DNA of 64,000 nt, taken from Candidatus Hydrogenedentota bacterium. GTDB taxonomy: Bacteria; Hydrogenedentota; Hydrogenedentia; Hydrogenedentales; SLHB01. The notes beneath the pieces were generated by a model. It did not search any database. It saw only the letters and a program-made list of their open reading frames with translations, and had not been told where the DNA came from. Shown here piece after piece: positions 28,963 through 39,865 of this stretch. A program made the position numbers and the translations under genes. Positions within the stretch are counted from its first letter, which is position 1. Each line of letters begins with the position of its first letter. The DNA is taken from assembly GCA_963674865.2 (NCBI GenBank), contig CAXXYE010000002.1, forward strand, positions 96,001-160,000, written 5' to 3'.

Positions 28963-29715
28963 CTAGGCTGTATCGGACCGGCCGTACTTCTTGAAGAACT
29001 CCTCCTTTGAGCGTACAGCTAGTATCTCATCCGGACGGCAGTCCCTCCCGATATAACCTTCCGATGAAAAGATGTGGGCTTCAGGATTAACAGTTCTGTG
29101 ATAATGGCTGAGCAAGTCCATCCCGAATGACTGGCGGGAATGGACCTCGTTCGGGTCTATCATCACTTCGACGACGACAGGACTCCCAATCTGCTCGAGC
29201 CTTCCAGCAATGTCGGCATTGCTCCCATCATGCATGAAGGGCTTGAACACAGCTTCACCACCAAAGAAGCGAAAGAAGTTCTCCGTGCCCCGTCGCTCGT
29301 TCACAACCAGATAACGCGACATACAGAACCATATTCTCCCCTCTCGAAGTAAATCCTGCAAACTAGGGAAATACGCCTCCCACCCTTGCTCCAGTCTGTT
29401 TTTCTCATCGACGGTGAACCTATTGCCGAACTCCTCCAAGAACCTCTCGCGGTGTCTCTTCCCGTCGAGCACGCGTAGTCCTCGTGATTCAAAGAATCCT
29501 GCATATGGTTGTTTCGTGCAGTGGCAGGCAACGACACGATGCCTTCTAACGAAGGTGTCAAGAGCCTTAATACATTCAGAGAGTGACGAATTGTGCCTCA
29601 ATGAACCAAGGAACCTCTCCCCCTGAAGCATGGGCGTCGCCCGTCGCAGCCGTTCCAAGATCTCGCTTGGAATGATGCCCGGATTATCAAGCTCAATCAG
29701 CCTCTTCTCGACCAC
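28963..29715 (-). CDS. Hypothetical protein, possible ADP-ribosyltransferase-like fold
   Basis: 250-aa ORF, more AT-rich than flanks; ACHCTK..RGL..IWFCMS..GGEA. Confidence 0.6.
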   Translation of the reverse strand: MVEKRLIELDNPGIIPSEILERLRRATPMLQGERFLGSLRHNSSLSECIKALDTFVRRHRVVACHCTKQPYAGFFESRGLRVLDGKRHRERFLEEFGNRFTVDEKNRLEQGWEAYFPSLQDLLREGRIWFCMSRYLVVNERRGTENFFRFFGGEAVFKPFMHDGSNADIAGRLEQIGSPVVVEVMIDPNEVHSRQSFGMDLLSHYHRTVNPEAHIFSSEGYIGRDCRPDEILAVRSKEEFFKKYGRSDTA

Positions 29716-29748
29716 GGAGTGTAGGTCCGACCTTCCTTATGGCTCTGG

Positions 29749-30141
29749 CTAATCCGCCGCCGCGATCCGGCTTCTCCCGAGGAAAGTGTTGCCGACAGGC
29801 GATTCTCTTCGCTCAACAGCCTCCTTCACGCCTTTCGCAACGAACTCGTTGAGACTGATTCCCTCTTCACGGGCGGCACGCGCCGCCTCGCGATGGAGTT
29901 CGGAGCCTATACGCACGTTGAAGCTACCCTTGAAGGGCTTCTCGGGCTTCTCTTTGAGTTCCTTGCACATATCAAGATAGCCGTCTACTGCATTCCGGAA
30001 CGACTCGCGCAACTCGTCTACGGTTTGTCCCTCGTAGCTCACGAGGTCGTTGATGAACTGGATTTTGCCAAAGAGGCAACCGTCTTCAATGCTGACCTCG
30101 ACAGAGCCAGTGTATCCTTTGTACTGCAAGGTCCTACTCAT
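29749..30141 (-). CDS. hicB: HicB family antitoxin
   Basis: YKGYTGSVE, YEGQTVDEL..AVDGYL, PEKPFKGSFNVRI..ELH, SLNEFV. Confidence 0.93.
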   Translation of the reverse strand: MSRTLQYKGYTGSVEVSIEDGCLFGKIQFINDLVSYEGQTVDELRESFRNAVDGYLDMCKELKEKPEKPFKGSFNVRIGSELHREAARAAREEGISLNEFVAKGVKEAVERRESPVGNTFLGRSRIAAAD

Positions 30142-30143
30142 CG

Positions 30144-30392
30144 CTATAGGTCTCCGTTTTCCTCAAGGATGTCCAACGCCAGCCTGACCTGGTAAGATCT
30201 TAGTTCCTTTCGAGGGTGCGGTTCGTGAAGGAACAAGATGCGCCGCTTACCCTTCTTGAAGAAGCGCCTTCCAGAACCCTTGACGGCCATCACCTCGTAG
30301 CCCAGTGAGGCCATCATTCTTCCAAATTCATCCCAGGTGAAGTCTCTCGGTCTTGTCTTGAAGCGCTTGACGAGTTTCTTCCTACTCGACAT
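30144..30392 (-). CDS. hicA: HicA family toxin
   Basis: DFTWDE..LGY..GS.RRF..LHEPHP; directly upstream of hicB. Confidence 0.88.
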   Translation of the reverse strand: MSSRKKLVKRFKTRPRDFTWDEFGRMMASLGYEVMAVKGSGRRFFKKGKRRILFLHEPHPRKELRSYQVRLALDILEENGDL

Positions 30393-30418
30393 AAGTTTAC
30401 CTTACAGACCCCGATTTG

Positions 30419-30437
30419 GCAACTAAATATCAGTTGC
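30419..30437. promoter_or_regulatory. Probable HicB operator palindrome
   Basis: GCAACT-N7-AGTTGC, 26 bp upstream of hicA. Confidence 0.55.
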
Positions 30438-30715
30438 AATGCGCCGAGAGTTAGACTGGCACAACTCGATTCCTCAAGAGAGGGACACAGAGTCCATTCT
30501 TGAAAAGCTTATCGACGCCACTTCGCCCTGGCGGAAAGGCAGCTTTGTGGTCGTATTCTTGCTCACCTATAAATATGCTATCAGGATGCCCCTTAGGATA
30601 GTCCGCGGCTCTTCCGCGTTTCAAGGAGAGTGCCGCCAGTGGCACTGGTTTTCGAGTCCCTTGTGCCTGGCACAAGTCCCCACGTGATTACCAGGACTCC
30701 TTACCCGCTGCTCGA

Positions 30716-33221
30716 TCAAGTTTTTGATTGTGAGGAAACCGCGCTGATTCTCGGTGGGCCTTCGACACGGGATGCCTCTACGGAGACGTTGCCGTGATCC
30801 CAGACGATGACGCCTGTGCCCATGCGCTTTAGCTTTACTTTGCCGCCGGGAACGCGAAGCGTTAGCGGCGCAGGCGGGCCGTAGTATCCGGCCACCCAGA
30901 GTTCTTCATCGGGATTGGCGCATATCCAGGCGGGATGTTTGCCGCATTGGAGGACGGCCCCGGCGGCTTCGAGCCGGCCGGAGGCGTTCTGCTGCGTTAG
31001 CGGTGAATCGAATGCCGGCCAGCCGAGGTCGCCGTCTTGGTTCCAGCGGCGCATGAGTTTCCAATGGACAAGGTCGATCTGGATTCCGAGTTTCCTGCCG
31101 CTCCTTGCGTACTCGACAGTCCAAAGGCGAGCCGCATCGTCCATATAGGCGGTGAAGGGGCTTTCAGCTTCGTCGTGAAGATTCCCGGAGGCGACGGCCT
31201 TGGCGAATTCGGGCGCGCTGGCGTAGTCGGCGCGTTTTGCGGCTTCGACGTAGAATCCGCACTGCGGCATGCCTTTCGAGAAGCGGCTCATGGGGTCGAT
31301 GCTTTGCGCTTGGCCCATCTCGCCTAGGTAGTTGTACATCTCCAGGATTAAGTTGTTCTCGACGACATTCAGCCGCATGGGCGCCTCGAATCCCATGTTG
31401 GTGCAGGTTAGGGGACGGATGGCAAACAGCACGTCTCCCATCTCCGTGACGGCGACATCATCGGGGCCGAAGGCCGCGGGGAAGGCCTCGACCTCATGAT
31501 CATTCACCCAGATGGCGTCCACGGAATCGCGTTGCGCCCAAATTAGCGTTCCTTTGGCGCTCGTGAATTTGTCGAGGCTGCACGGGGCGAGGCTCTTTGG
31601 ATACTCCGGCATGCGCGGCGCGTAGAGTCCAATGGCGCGGGGGCCGTCCTGTACGCCGTAGAACATGCCGCAGTCCCAGACGTCGGAGCGCTTCGAGCGA
31701 TCCGGTTCTGTTGTCGGATCGCCAAACCACGTGTCGTCAATCAGATAGCGCGCGAAGACGACGCCAGGTTCGTTGCGCCCCGGGATCGGATAGTGCAATG
31801 AGAAGACGTTGGTTTGGCGGCTGATCTCTCGCGAACCGGTGCCCATGGCGAATTCGGGCGTCACATAGGTGGTCATGCCGATGTCCCAATCCCGGATCAC
31901 GCCTTCGTCGAGTTGGAATACCGGCACGGCGTCGCTCCGGATACGCGTGATCCATGAAGGCAGCGCGTCGCACTGCACCCACCATTGGAGCATGGAGGCC
32001 TCGGACTCCCAAGTGCCTGTTACGGAGGGATAGTAGGCGCGGCCATGGGGGGCTGCCAAGCGGCCTGTGGGCTGGTGGATATGCAAGGCATAGGACGCGG
32101 CCAAGCGGGCGTTTATGGTACGCGCGAGGATGCGGATATCTTCGTTCCGTGTGTTCTTGGCAAGGCGGTTGAAGGCGATGATGCACCAGCGGGCGTAAGT
32201 GGGGGCGTTGTACTCGAAGAGGTTGCCGTTGGCGAACATCACATCGGCGAACTCGCGTGTCTTGGCGTAGCCGTATTCGGCGATGGCAGCATCTTCGAGC
32301 AGTTCGCCGGCCAGCGCCGTCTCCGCGCACGACAGGCGCGGCGATGTTCGAGTAGGTAACGGCGACGTCCAGGGAGATGACCTCCTCGACGGCCATGCGT
32401 ATGCAGTCGATGACGCGTGTGTGCATGGGCTCGGGCAATCGATCGCCGTGTTCGATCATCATGGGAATGAGGGAATACAAGACGAAACAAGCCGCATTGC
32501 GGTCGGGAATGCCGCTCACCGATGTGCTGTAGGAGAAGTTGCCCCGATTGACGTGCCCTTCGCGCGTTTCTTGCTCGGAAAGCACCACCTCGAGATGCTC
32601 CTGCGCGAGCGCTATATCCTCGGGGCGGCCGGAGGCCAACAGCAATTCGGCGATGGTGGCGTTATGCCGGAGGAATCCCGTCATGCGGTATCCATAGGAG
32701 CTACTGGAAGCGGCGCCCACGGCCCAGTGCATCCGGCCTGCGCTGTCCTCGATTCCTACCGCGTCGATGGCGATGTGCTCTACCGCTCCCGTGGTGTCGA
32801 AATGCAGCTTGAGGCGCTGTATCGGCGCGGAGTGAGAACAGGGGATCTTGGAGACGCCGTATGCCGCTTCGCCCTTCAACGGATCGACGCCCTGCCAAAC
32901 CGTGTGTTCGTCGCCGTCAGGTTGAAGGACTGAGATACGCGTCAAAGTGCCGGCGTTGTTGGTTTGATGGACGTGAATGGAGGCGGGGGCGATGGGATGG
33001 GCGTATCGGAGGAGCAGCCATTCTTCGCCTGCTGCTTCCTCAAGCGGCATCCAGGCAGTGGGATGTTTGCCGGGACTCGGTGTACCGGGGGCGCCAACCG
33101 CTTGATCGGCGGTGTAATCCAGCTTCTCGAGTAGGCCTTGCGCATATGCCGGGATTGCGCAGGCCACGCCGATCGTCACAAACAGTAGCAAGGCCGCGAG
33201 ATACTCACCGGATAGTTGCAT
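30716..33221 (-). pseudogene. Secreted ~834-aa protein (N-terminal jelly-roll domain + helical lyase/heparinase-like region) split by a 1-nt frameshift near 32336
   Basis: ORFs 31737-33221 and 30716-32242 join as VTYSNIAA|LSCAETALAGELLED..EYNAPTY if one base is removed (2506-1 = 835 codons). Confidence 0.75.
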
Positions 33222-35168
33222 TTGTCTCCATCTTTCGCCTGTTTACCGCCGTCTCTTGATGCGTTGCCGTCCGTGAGTAGCATACCACGCCCTTTTCACG
33301 AGCCGCCGCGCCAATTCCCCTCGAGGCGGCCAAGGCCCGGCCGGCCAACAGCCTCCCCTTTCACTGAATGGCTTTCTCGCTCAAGAGTTTCGCCATATCG
33401 CTCTGGAAGGCCTTGTCCGTCGGCTGCTCCTCGCCCGGCATCCCAACCGCGGCCGCCAATGCCTTGGGAAATGGATCATTCACGAACAGGCGTGTTTCCA
33501 CGCCCTTGAGACAAGGCTGAACGATGCAGGCCAGCACGACGAGCAAGCCGGCAAACACGGCCATGAGCGATCTGGCTACCGCCCCGTGGTACAAGCCGTA
33601 CTTCTTCGGAGCCTGAAGTGCGCTCACCATGATGACGGCTGACGCGACGAGCATCACGCCTCCCGGCAGCGCAATCGAAAGCATAACCACGGCCCATGTG
33701 GGAAGCTGATTGCGGGACATTGCCTCTGTGGCCGCGCTCGCGCCCACGAAGAACCAGGCCGCTATCATAGGTGTGGCGAAGGCGGCCACGAAGAGGTAAT
33801 AGCTCCGGCCAAGCGCCGTGGCCGGCGCTTCTATGGAGAGGGCCTTGCATCTGGCGTGGAAGACGCGCATCGATGTGCCATAGAGGAGGGAAATCATCGT
33901 GATGCTGAAAAAGGAGAAGCCAAGGAGGAAACGGCTGACTTGCGCGTTCAAGGGCACGTCTTGTCCTATGATTCGGCTGAGCGCCAAGTAGATGGCGAGC
34001 GGAAAGAGAAATCCCGCGACGGCGATGCGCACGGCCTCTCGCCACGTTGGCAAGAGGAACAGCGGATGCAAGGTCTTTGCGGGCGAGGCCCCCGTTTTTC
34101 CGCCGTGGGAGGGCGCCTGCCCTGCTCGGCGCCAGCGCCATGCCGTGGCAAAGGCCGCCAGGATTAGCACGACAACGAAGGCCATCAGAGCGCCAACGCC
34201 AATACGATGCATGACAACGAACTCCAGTTTCCGATGATAGCGTAGTTCGTCGGCGCTGACGTGCACCGCGGGAAGAATGGCCAGCATTGCCTTCTGGATG
34301 ATTCCCGCGCTTTGGACATAGGCGCGAATCTCGTCTGTCGTCGGTTGTGGATCATACTTGTCTCGCAGCGCGATAATGCGGGCTTGGCGGCTCGTGAGTT
34401 GTTCGGCCTTCAAGCGAATGCCGTGCTTTTCGTAGAACTGAGCGGCGGGCTCATATGCTCTACCGATCCAAAAGGCCGTGCTCCAAAGCTCATGGGAGTG
34501 GGAGATTTCCGCCAGGCGCGATTCGGCCATTCGCCACGGAGTGTCGATCAGGCAATTCGCATCCTCGACGCGTCCGGCAGCGTAGAGGTGCTCGGCGTAT
34601 AAGGGAAGTAACTTGCGTCCCCTTGACAAAAGCGAGTCGTCGCCACTCCCCCTGGCCATTTGGCCGAGAGTGAAGAGGATCTTCGCATACTGCTGCTCGA
34701 AGTGTTTCGGCTGTCCGAGCATCGCGAGTTGCTTCGCCACGATCTGGTACTCGCAATCCCTCATGAAGGGTTTCTTCTTTGCCTCTTGTAGTTGTTGGAG
34801 GGCAGCATCCAGCAGGGCGGGATCGCGTATGGTGATCTGAGCCGCAAGTGCTTCGTCGACGCTCTGGCTGTCGCCGATGCCTTGTACCGGTTCCTTGAGT
34901 ACATGCGCCCGGAACAGGTACAGCATGGCAAGGAGGTAGTTGTAACGGGCATTGTCAGGCTCAACCTTGGCAGCACGGAGGATCTCCTTTTCAAGCTCCT
35001 CTACGCTGCTGTGTTCGTACGGCCATTGACGCAGCAGCAGGTTGACTTGGTGCGCACACTGGATCGCGTCCTGTGGCTCGTCCTCTGACGGTTCATAGAG
35101 CTCCTCTTGCCACGGCTTCCGCTCTCCCGGCGGTAACATCCGTAGAAGGCAGGTATACGGGCCTCTAG

Positions 35169-35829
35169 CCTAACGTTGGGAGACCCCCCGGCTATGCCGG
35201 GGAGGCAGCCGAAGTTTGACAGTTCCAGGAGTCCATCGACGAGACTCCTAGGCGTGAGCCGCTCAAGCACACGCAGAGGAGTTCATCGATGGACGATTAC
35301 CAGAGTCTAAGTCACACGAAATGGGAGTGCAAATACCATGTGGTATTCATCCCGAAATGCCGGCGGAAGACGCTGTACAGGGCGCTACGGGAGCACCTGG
35401 GTAAGGTGTTTCGGGACCTTGCGTTGAGAAAGGAGAGCCGGGTTGAGGAAGGGCACCTGATGCCTGACCATGTGCACATGATGCTGACGATTCCCCCGAA
35501 ATACGCGGTATCGCAGGTGGTGGGCTACCTCAAAGGGAAGAGCGCGATTCACATTGCTCGGGTCTATAGTGAGCGCAAGCGCAACTTCGTGGGGCAGCAC
35601 TTCTGGGCACGCGGCTACTTCGTTTCCACCTTGGGCCGAGACGAGGAAGTGATACGGGAGTACATCAGGCGGCAGGAACAGGAAGACCGCCGACTGGACC
35701 AGATGGATATGCTACGCTGAGAGCCACCCGACGAGGGTGGCCCCCAACGCGGGAGCGCGGCAGCGCCCCGCGCAGCCGCTTTGAGCGGCTCACACGGTAA
35801 AGCCCCCGGCTCTGCCGGGGGATACTTAC
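35169..35829 (+). mobile_element. IS200/IS605 family element, tnpA only, 661 bp
   Basis: Subterminal hairpins CCCCGGC-TAT-GCCGGGG and CCCCCGGC-TCT-GCCGGGGG; inferred to start after CTAG and end at TTAC; no target duplication. Confidence 0.88.
35289..35720 (+). CDS. tnpA: IS200 family Y1 HUH transposase
   Basis: YHVVFIPKCRRK, DHVHM, LKGKSA, FWARGYFVST, EYIRRQE. Confidence 0.96.
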   Translation: MDDYQSLSHTKWECKYHVVFIPKCRRKTLYRALREHLGKVFRDLALRKESRVEEGHLMPDHVHMMLTIPPKYAVSQVVGYLKGKSAIHIARVYSERKRNFVGQHFWARGYFVSTLGRDEEVIREYIRRQEQEDRRLDQMDMLR

Positions 35830-36187
35830 TCACGCTGAGGATGTCTTCTCCACGATGCCATAGCTGAACGCACAAGATGGCCGCCACCAGGATCGAGGCA
35901 GGCACAAGAGCCCTTCGCACGGCCATCCGGGCCAGGGCGCGCAGCTTCATGCGGCGCCTATTGGCCTCGAGGAGTCGCTTGCCCACCTCCTCGGCCGGGC
36001 CGAAAACCGCGAGGGCCCGCCCCAGGCTATCGGCTTCCGACGTGCCTTCAGCGAGGTAGCGATCGATAGTGTCGTCGATGTGGCTCTGCAGCTCGGCGCG
36101 CACGTCGAGACAGAGTTCGGGATCTGCCTTGAGGGACGAAGTGGCCTTGTCGAGGACGCGTGCGATGCGCTCCGCTTTGTCCATGGC

Positions 36188-36526
36188 TTAGGCCTCGTGT
36201 GAGCAGAGAAGAAGGGCGCTTACCGCGGCCGAGAAGGATGTCCACTCACTCACCTTGTCCCTCAGAAAGGCGCGTCCCTTCCGCGTGATTCTGTAATACT
36301 TGCGCTGCTTCCCGCTGGTCGCCTCCCGCCATTCGCTGTCAACGAGCTTTGCCGCTTCCAGCCGGTGCAGGCAGGGATACAGCGTGCCCTCTTTCCACTC
36401 AAAGGCCTGGTTGGTGCGTTGATTAACGTCCTTGATGATCTCATAGCCGTACATGGGGCGCTCGGCGACAAGCCGGAGCACGATGGGCTCGGCGACGCCG
36501 CGTATCAGATCGCTGCTGAATTTCAT
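36188..36526 (-). CDS. PadR family transcriptional regulator
   Basis: MYGYEII, EGTLYPCLHRLE, RKYYRITRKG; RBS GAGGAGG. Confidence 0.93.
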   Translation of the reverse strand: MKFSSDLIRGVAEPIVLRLVAERPMYGYEIIKDVNQRTNQAFEWKEGTLYPCLHRLEAAKLVDSEWREATSGKQRKYYRITRKGRAFLRDKVSEWTSFSAAVSALLLCSHEA

Positions 36527-36550
36527 GGCTCGATCCTCCTCAATCGGGGA

Positions 36551-36598
36551 ATGCCTCGGCACGCAAGGTATAATACCTCGCGTGGCAAGGTATGTCAA
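36551..36598 (-). promoter_or_regulatory. padR promoter with two tandem palindromic operators
   Basis: TTGACA-17-TATTAT overlapped by ATGCCT-N9-AGGTAT (36551-36571) and ATACCT-N9-AGGTAT (36573-36593). Confidence 0.75.
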
Positions 36599-36851
36599 GG
36601 GGGCTGAGGCGGGGGCGATCCTCCGAGTCTCTATGCCGTAGCCGGTGGACGCCTGAGTTGCCGGCCGCCCAGAAGTTGATCTTGTAAGAGAACAAAGGTT
36701 ACAAGGCTCCCAGAATCAGGTGCAAAGCGCGTTGAGGGCGTCACGTAGGTGCTTTCTTGGTGCTGCCGCCCGGCCCGTCCTTGTGCGGCTACACACGCGA
36801 AGAATCACGCCGAGTTTGGATCCAAGCGAATGACACATGTGAGAGAGGGCT

Positions 36852-39518
36852 ATGAAGAAGACTATTCGAGTTCATCGATTGCTGGCGGGCATCGTCATGC
36901 TGGCCGTTGCGTCCGGGGCTTACGCGCAAGGCCTCGAGGATTACCGGTTTGAGGCCGGGCGCTACGCAAGCCGCGGAATTGAGAGCCGACAGCAAGTATT
37001 TGACGGCTATACCAATCACTGGGAGCGACGCGAGTGGACATGGCATTCGGCGCGCGGGCTGTTCTTGCTTTCGCAGCCATCCGCGGAAAGCGAGCTTCTT
37101 GCCATGGAAGCCGAGATTGGGAATCAGCTTCTGTTGGACGAACTCTGGATTCAGCCAGGCTTCATGAAGGAATTTGCGCAGCGTTCCGTGAGCGTCTTGA
37201 ATTCCCCGTCACGGAATGAGCTGGAGAACGCGCTGCGCGATGGCGATGCCCTCGCTTGCCTGGTGGATCGGGATCCGCTCGCGAAAGTGCTGTTGGCGCA
37301 ACTTCCGGAGGCTTCTCAGTTTCGCCGAAACCGGGCGTTCTTCTTGTGCAATGAGGGCCGCATGATCTTCGTGCTGGCCTGCCAGTCGAAGGAAGAAGTG
37401 GACAGGCTGCGCAGCCACGTTCAGGCGGCGGCCGAAGTCGTCCGCGACTTCGATTTCCATCGGGGGTTGGCCGGCGTGAACACCAGTTATCTGGCGATCT
37501 CGTCGGTGCAGCGCACGGATCCGTTCACCCTCGTTGCCACGGCGCTTCAGCTCAGGTGTTCCTGGCTCATGGTGAGCGGGTACAACGACTGGATGCTCCC
37601 GGGGCCGGTAAGGGCCGCGTTGAGCGAGGTCGATTTGCCGTTTGCGTTTATATCAGGGCAGTCGGTGAGTGGCGGCGTGCTCTATGGCTTGGAGCGGTAT
37701 CCAGACATTCAGGACAACACCATTGACGAGGCCCTGGACGCGGCGGAGCAGGGGGGCGGCTTCTACTTCGGCAGTCTGTCGAAGTCCGAGGAGGAGCAGG
37801 CGGCACGGTACGATGGCTATATCCTGGGCGGCCCTTCCGGACAGGAGCAGATAGACGCTTTGAACGCGCCTTTTGTGGTACACGCCGGCGAGATCGGTGC
37901 GCGTACGCCGACGAGCATGGTGGTGTTTCTTGAGAAAGGTACGCCGCCGACTCAGGATTCCGTTATGGACGCCATTCTCGCGAGGCGGGCTGTGGCGGTT
38001 TATGAGAAAGGCGTCGTGGCCGGGCCCGCCCGCTTTCGGGACGCAGTCCGAATGCTCCTCTTGGAGGGAGTGTGTGTTGAAGAGCAACTCGGAACAGGCG
38101 TAGCGGTTGACGCCGTCATAGAGGGCCGAACACTCAAGGTTCGTCTTCGCAATCGGAGCGAACGTGTTGTTCGTGGCGACGTGCGAGTGCGGCTCGGAGA
38201 GACTGTGGAGATAAGGCGTAAGGCCGGGCCACGGCGACTGGCTCTTGCCCCGGGCGAGTGCCGTGTCATTACCTATCCGCTCAGCTTCACACCGGCGGCT
38301 GGCGGCAGGGCCAATCTCGTCGCTGTGGATTTCTGCGGCGAAGGGCGGGCGATACATGCACTGGCGCACGTGGAGCTTCCCGCGGTGATAGAGATGCATC
38401 CCCTTATGCTGGATGTGCCTGGCGAGATCGTGTATCCGATAACCGTGTGGAATATGTCAAAACGCAATGAAGTACCTGTAGCACTTGTTGTCTCGGACTC
38501 CTCCAGCGGGGAGGAGGTCCTGACTATGAGTCAGGCGGTGCGGGTGCGTCCTTGGCAGACTGCCCATGTCGATCTTGCGCTAAACCTGGAGGCCGGCGAT
38601 TACATCGCGGAGGCGACTGCGCTGGGGACGACGACGAAGGGAACCATCGCGGTACGATCGCAGCCCGGCGAGGTCGTGGCCCGCGAGGAGGACATCGACG
38701 GGGATGGCATTCCGGAGATTGTTATGGAAAACGACGCCGTGAGGGCGGTAGTCCTTCTGTATGGGGGAAGAGTTATCGAGTACACCTTGAAATGCCGGGA
38801 TGAGAACCTGTTGTTCAAACTCTGGCCGGAGAAGCCTCCAATGCACGGGAAACCGGGGGGCACGCGCCAGTTCTACCCGTACGGCGGGCTGGAGGAGTTC
38901 GTCGGTTATCCTTACATAGGCGGAAATATCGTCTATCAGTACAAGGTATTGAGTTCCTCCGGTTCTTACGCGCGCGTGAAGGTTTGGGCCAATGTCCACG
39001 GGAGCAAGATCGCGAAGTTCTACACGCTCTACGGGGCAAGTCCGGTGCTCGAGGCTCGCTATGCTTTTGACGACATGACGCCCACCCTGAATGTCATCGG
39101 CATCAATCCGCTGATCCAGATCGGGCCTTCGACAGGGCCGGAAGATCGGTACTTCTTCCCTGAAGAGCACCAAGTCGAGACGCGCCCCGAGTTGGAGCGG
39201 TACTACGGCAGGGCGCTGTTTCCAAAGGAAGGATGGGCCGCGGGATACGATAGCGAAATGGACATCTCACTAATCGTCGGATATCCCGTAGACGACACGC
39301 TCTACGTGCACCTGTGGAACAACCATCCCAACAACAAGCCAACGCCATACTTCTATACCGAGATCCAGCCATGGATCGAACTCAAGCACGGCACAACCAC
39401 TCACTATTCCTATTACCTGTTCGGCCGGGATGGCCCGTGGGAACCTGCGCTGGCGGAGTTCAAAGCGCTTGGCGTGGCTACCAAGACGGATAAGCTTTGG
39501 CCATGGGACTACCGATGA
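36852..39518 (+). CDS. Large secreted hypothetical protein with C-terminal galactose-mutarotase-like beta domain
   Basis: 888-aa ORF; signal peptide ending AYA; DIDGDGIPEIVMEN..GGRVIEY. Confidence 0.7.
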   Translation: MKKTIRVHRLLAGIVMLAVASGAYAQGLEDYRFEAGRYASRGIESRQQVFDGYTNHWERREWTWHSARGLFLLSQPSAESELLAMEAEIGNQLLLDELWIQPGFMKEFAQRSVSVLNSPSRNELENALRDGDALACLVDRDPLAKVLLAQLPEASQFRRNRAFFLCNEGRMIFVLACQSKEEVDRLRSHVQAAAEVVRDFDFHRGLAGVNTSYLAISSVQRTDPFTLVATALQLRCSWLMVSGYNDWMLPGPVRAALSEVDLPFAFISGQSVSGGVLYGLERYPDIQDNTIDEALDAAEQGGGFYFGSLSKSEEEQAARYDGYILGGPSGQEQIDALNAPFVVHAGEIGARTPTSMVVFLEKGTPPTQDSVMDAILARRAVAVYEKGVVAGPARFRDAVRMLLLEGVCVEEQLGTGVAVDAVIEGRTLKVRLRNRSERVVRGDVRVRLGETVEIRRKAGPRRLALAPGECRVITYPLSFTPAAGGRANLVAVDFCGEGRAIHALAHVELPAVIEMHPLMLDVPGEIVYPITVWNMSKRNEVPVALVVSDSSSGEEVLTMSQAVRVRPWQTAHVDLALNLEAGDYIAEATALGTTTKGTIAVRSQPGEVVAREEDIDGDGIPEIVMENDAVRAVVLLYGGRVIEYTLKCRDENLLFKLWPEKPPMHGKPGGTRQFYPYGGLEEFVGYPYIGGNIVYQYKVLSSSGSYARVKVWANVHGSKIAKFYTLYGASPVLEARYAFDDMTPTLNVIGINPLIQIGPSTGPEDRYFFPEEHQVETRPELERYYGRALFPKEGWAAGYDSEMDISLIVGYPVDDTLYVHLWNNHPNNKPTPYFYTEIQPWIELKHGTTTHYSYYLFGRDGPWEPALAEFKALGVATKTDKLWPWDYR

Positions 39519-39765
39519 CGCCTGCGAGCTCCTGAGTGGGCCGAACATCTTGTCTCTTCGCTGTCGCGCTCGTAGCCTCTGGGCAATGAGCGCCGCGCTT
39601 CCGGGCTTTCTAACCCATTGTTATCACTGTGATTATGGAAAGTCTTGGTGCTTGCGGCGTGCGGACTTTAATGGCATGTATGCCACATAAAGGAAATGAT
39701 GTGCCAATCTCACGGTACAGGCAGTTTACGCACCTTTTTGAGGATTGCTCAAGGAGTGGAAAAGG

Positions 39766-39799
39766 AAAGGCCACTTGCGAAACGCTGTAAGTGGCCTTT
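39766..39799 (-). terminator. Hairpin/terminator downstream of the tRNA fragment
   Basis: AAAGGCCACTTGC-loop-GTAAGTGGCCTTT. Confidence 0.6.
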
Positions 39800-39815
39800 T
39801 AAGAGTGCTTTATGA

Positions 39816-39865
39816 TGGTCGGGGCGGCCGGATTTGAACCGGCGACCCCCTGCTCCCAAAGCAGG
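39816..39865 (-). other. 3' half of tRNA-Pro(TGG), probable att-site duplication; not a complete tRNA
   Basis: Reverse complement CCTGC-TTTGGGA-GCAGG GGGTC GCCGG-TTCAAAT-CCGGC CGCCCCG ACCA; D-arm and 5' acceptor strand absent. Confidence 0.85.

Larger units (their letters stand above)
33361..36184 (-). pseudogene. Permease-prefix (HAAS-like) multi-TM membrane protein interrupted by IS200
   Basis: N-terminus ELQSHIDD..RALAVFGPAEEVG; removing 35169-35829 gives an uninterrupted 720-aa frame (ILSV-T-RGPYTCLLRMLPP). Confidence 0.85.

Noticed and set aside
30439..30687. Short ORFs between hicA and the frameshifted gene
   Set aside because: No recognisable motif or RBS; they overlap the hicAB promoter region
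32325..32345. Programmed frameshift or phase-variable tract
   Set aside because: No slippery heptamer or homopolymer run at the site
35720..35829. TnpB/omega-RNA system in the IS200
   Set aside because: No tnpB or iscB ORF in the element or the window
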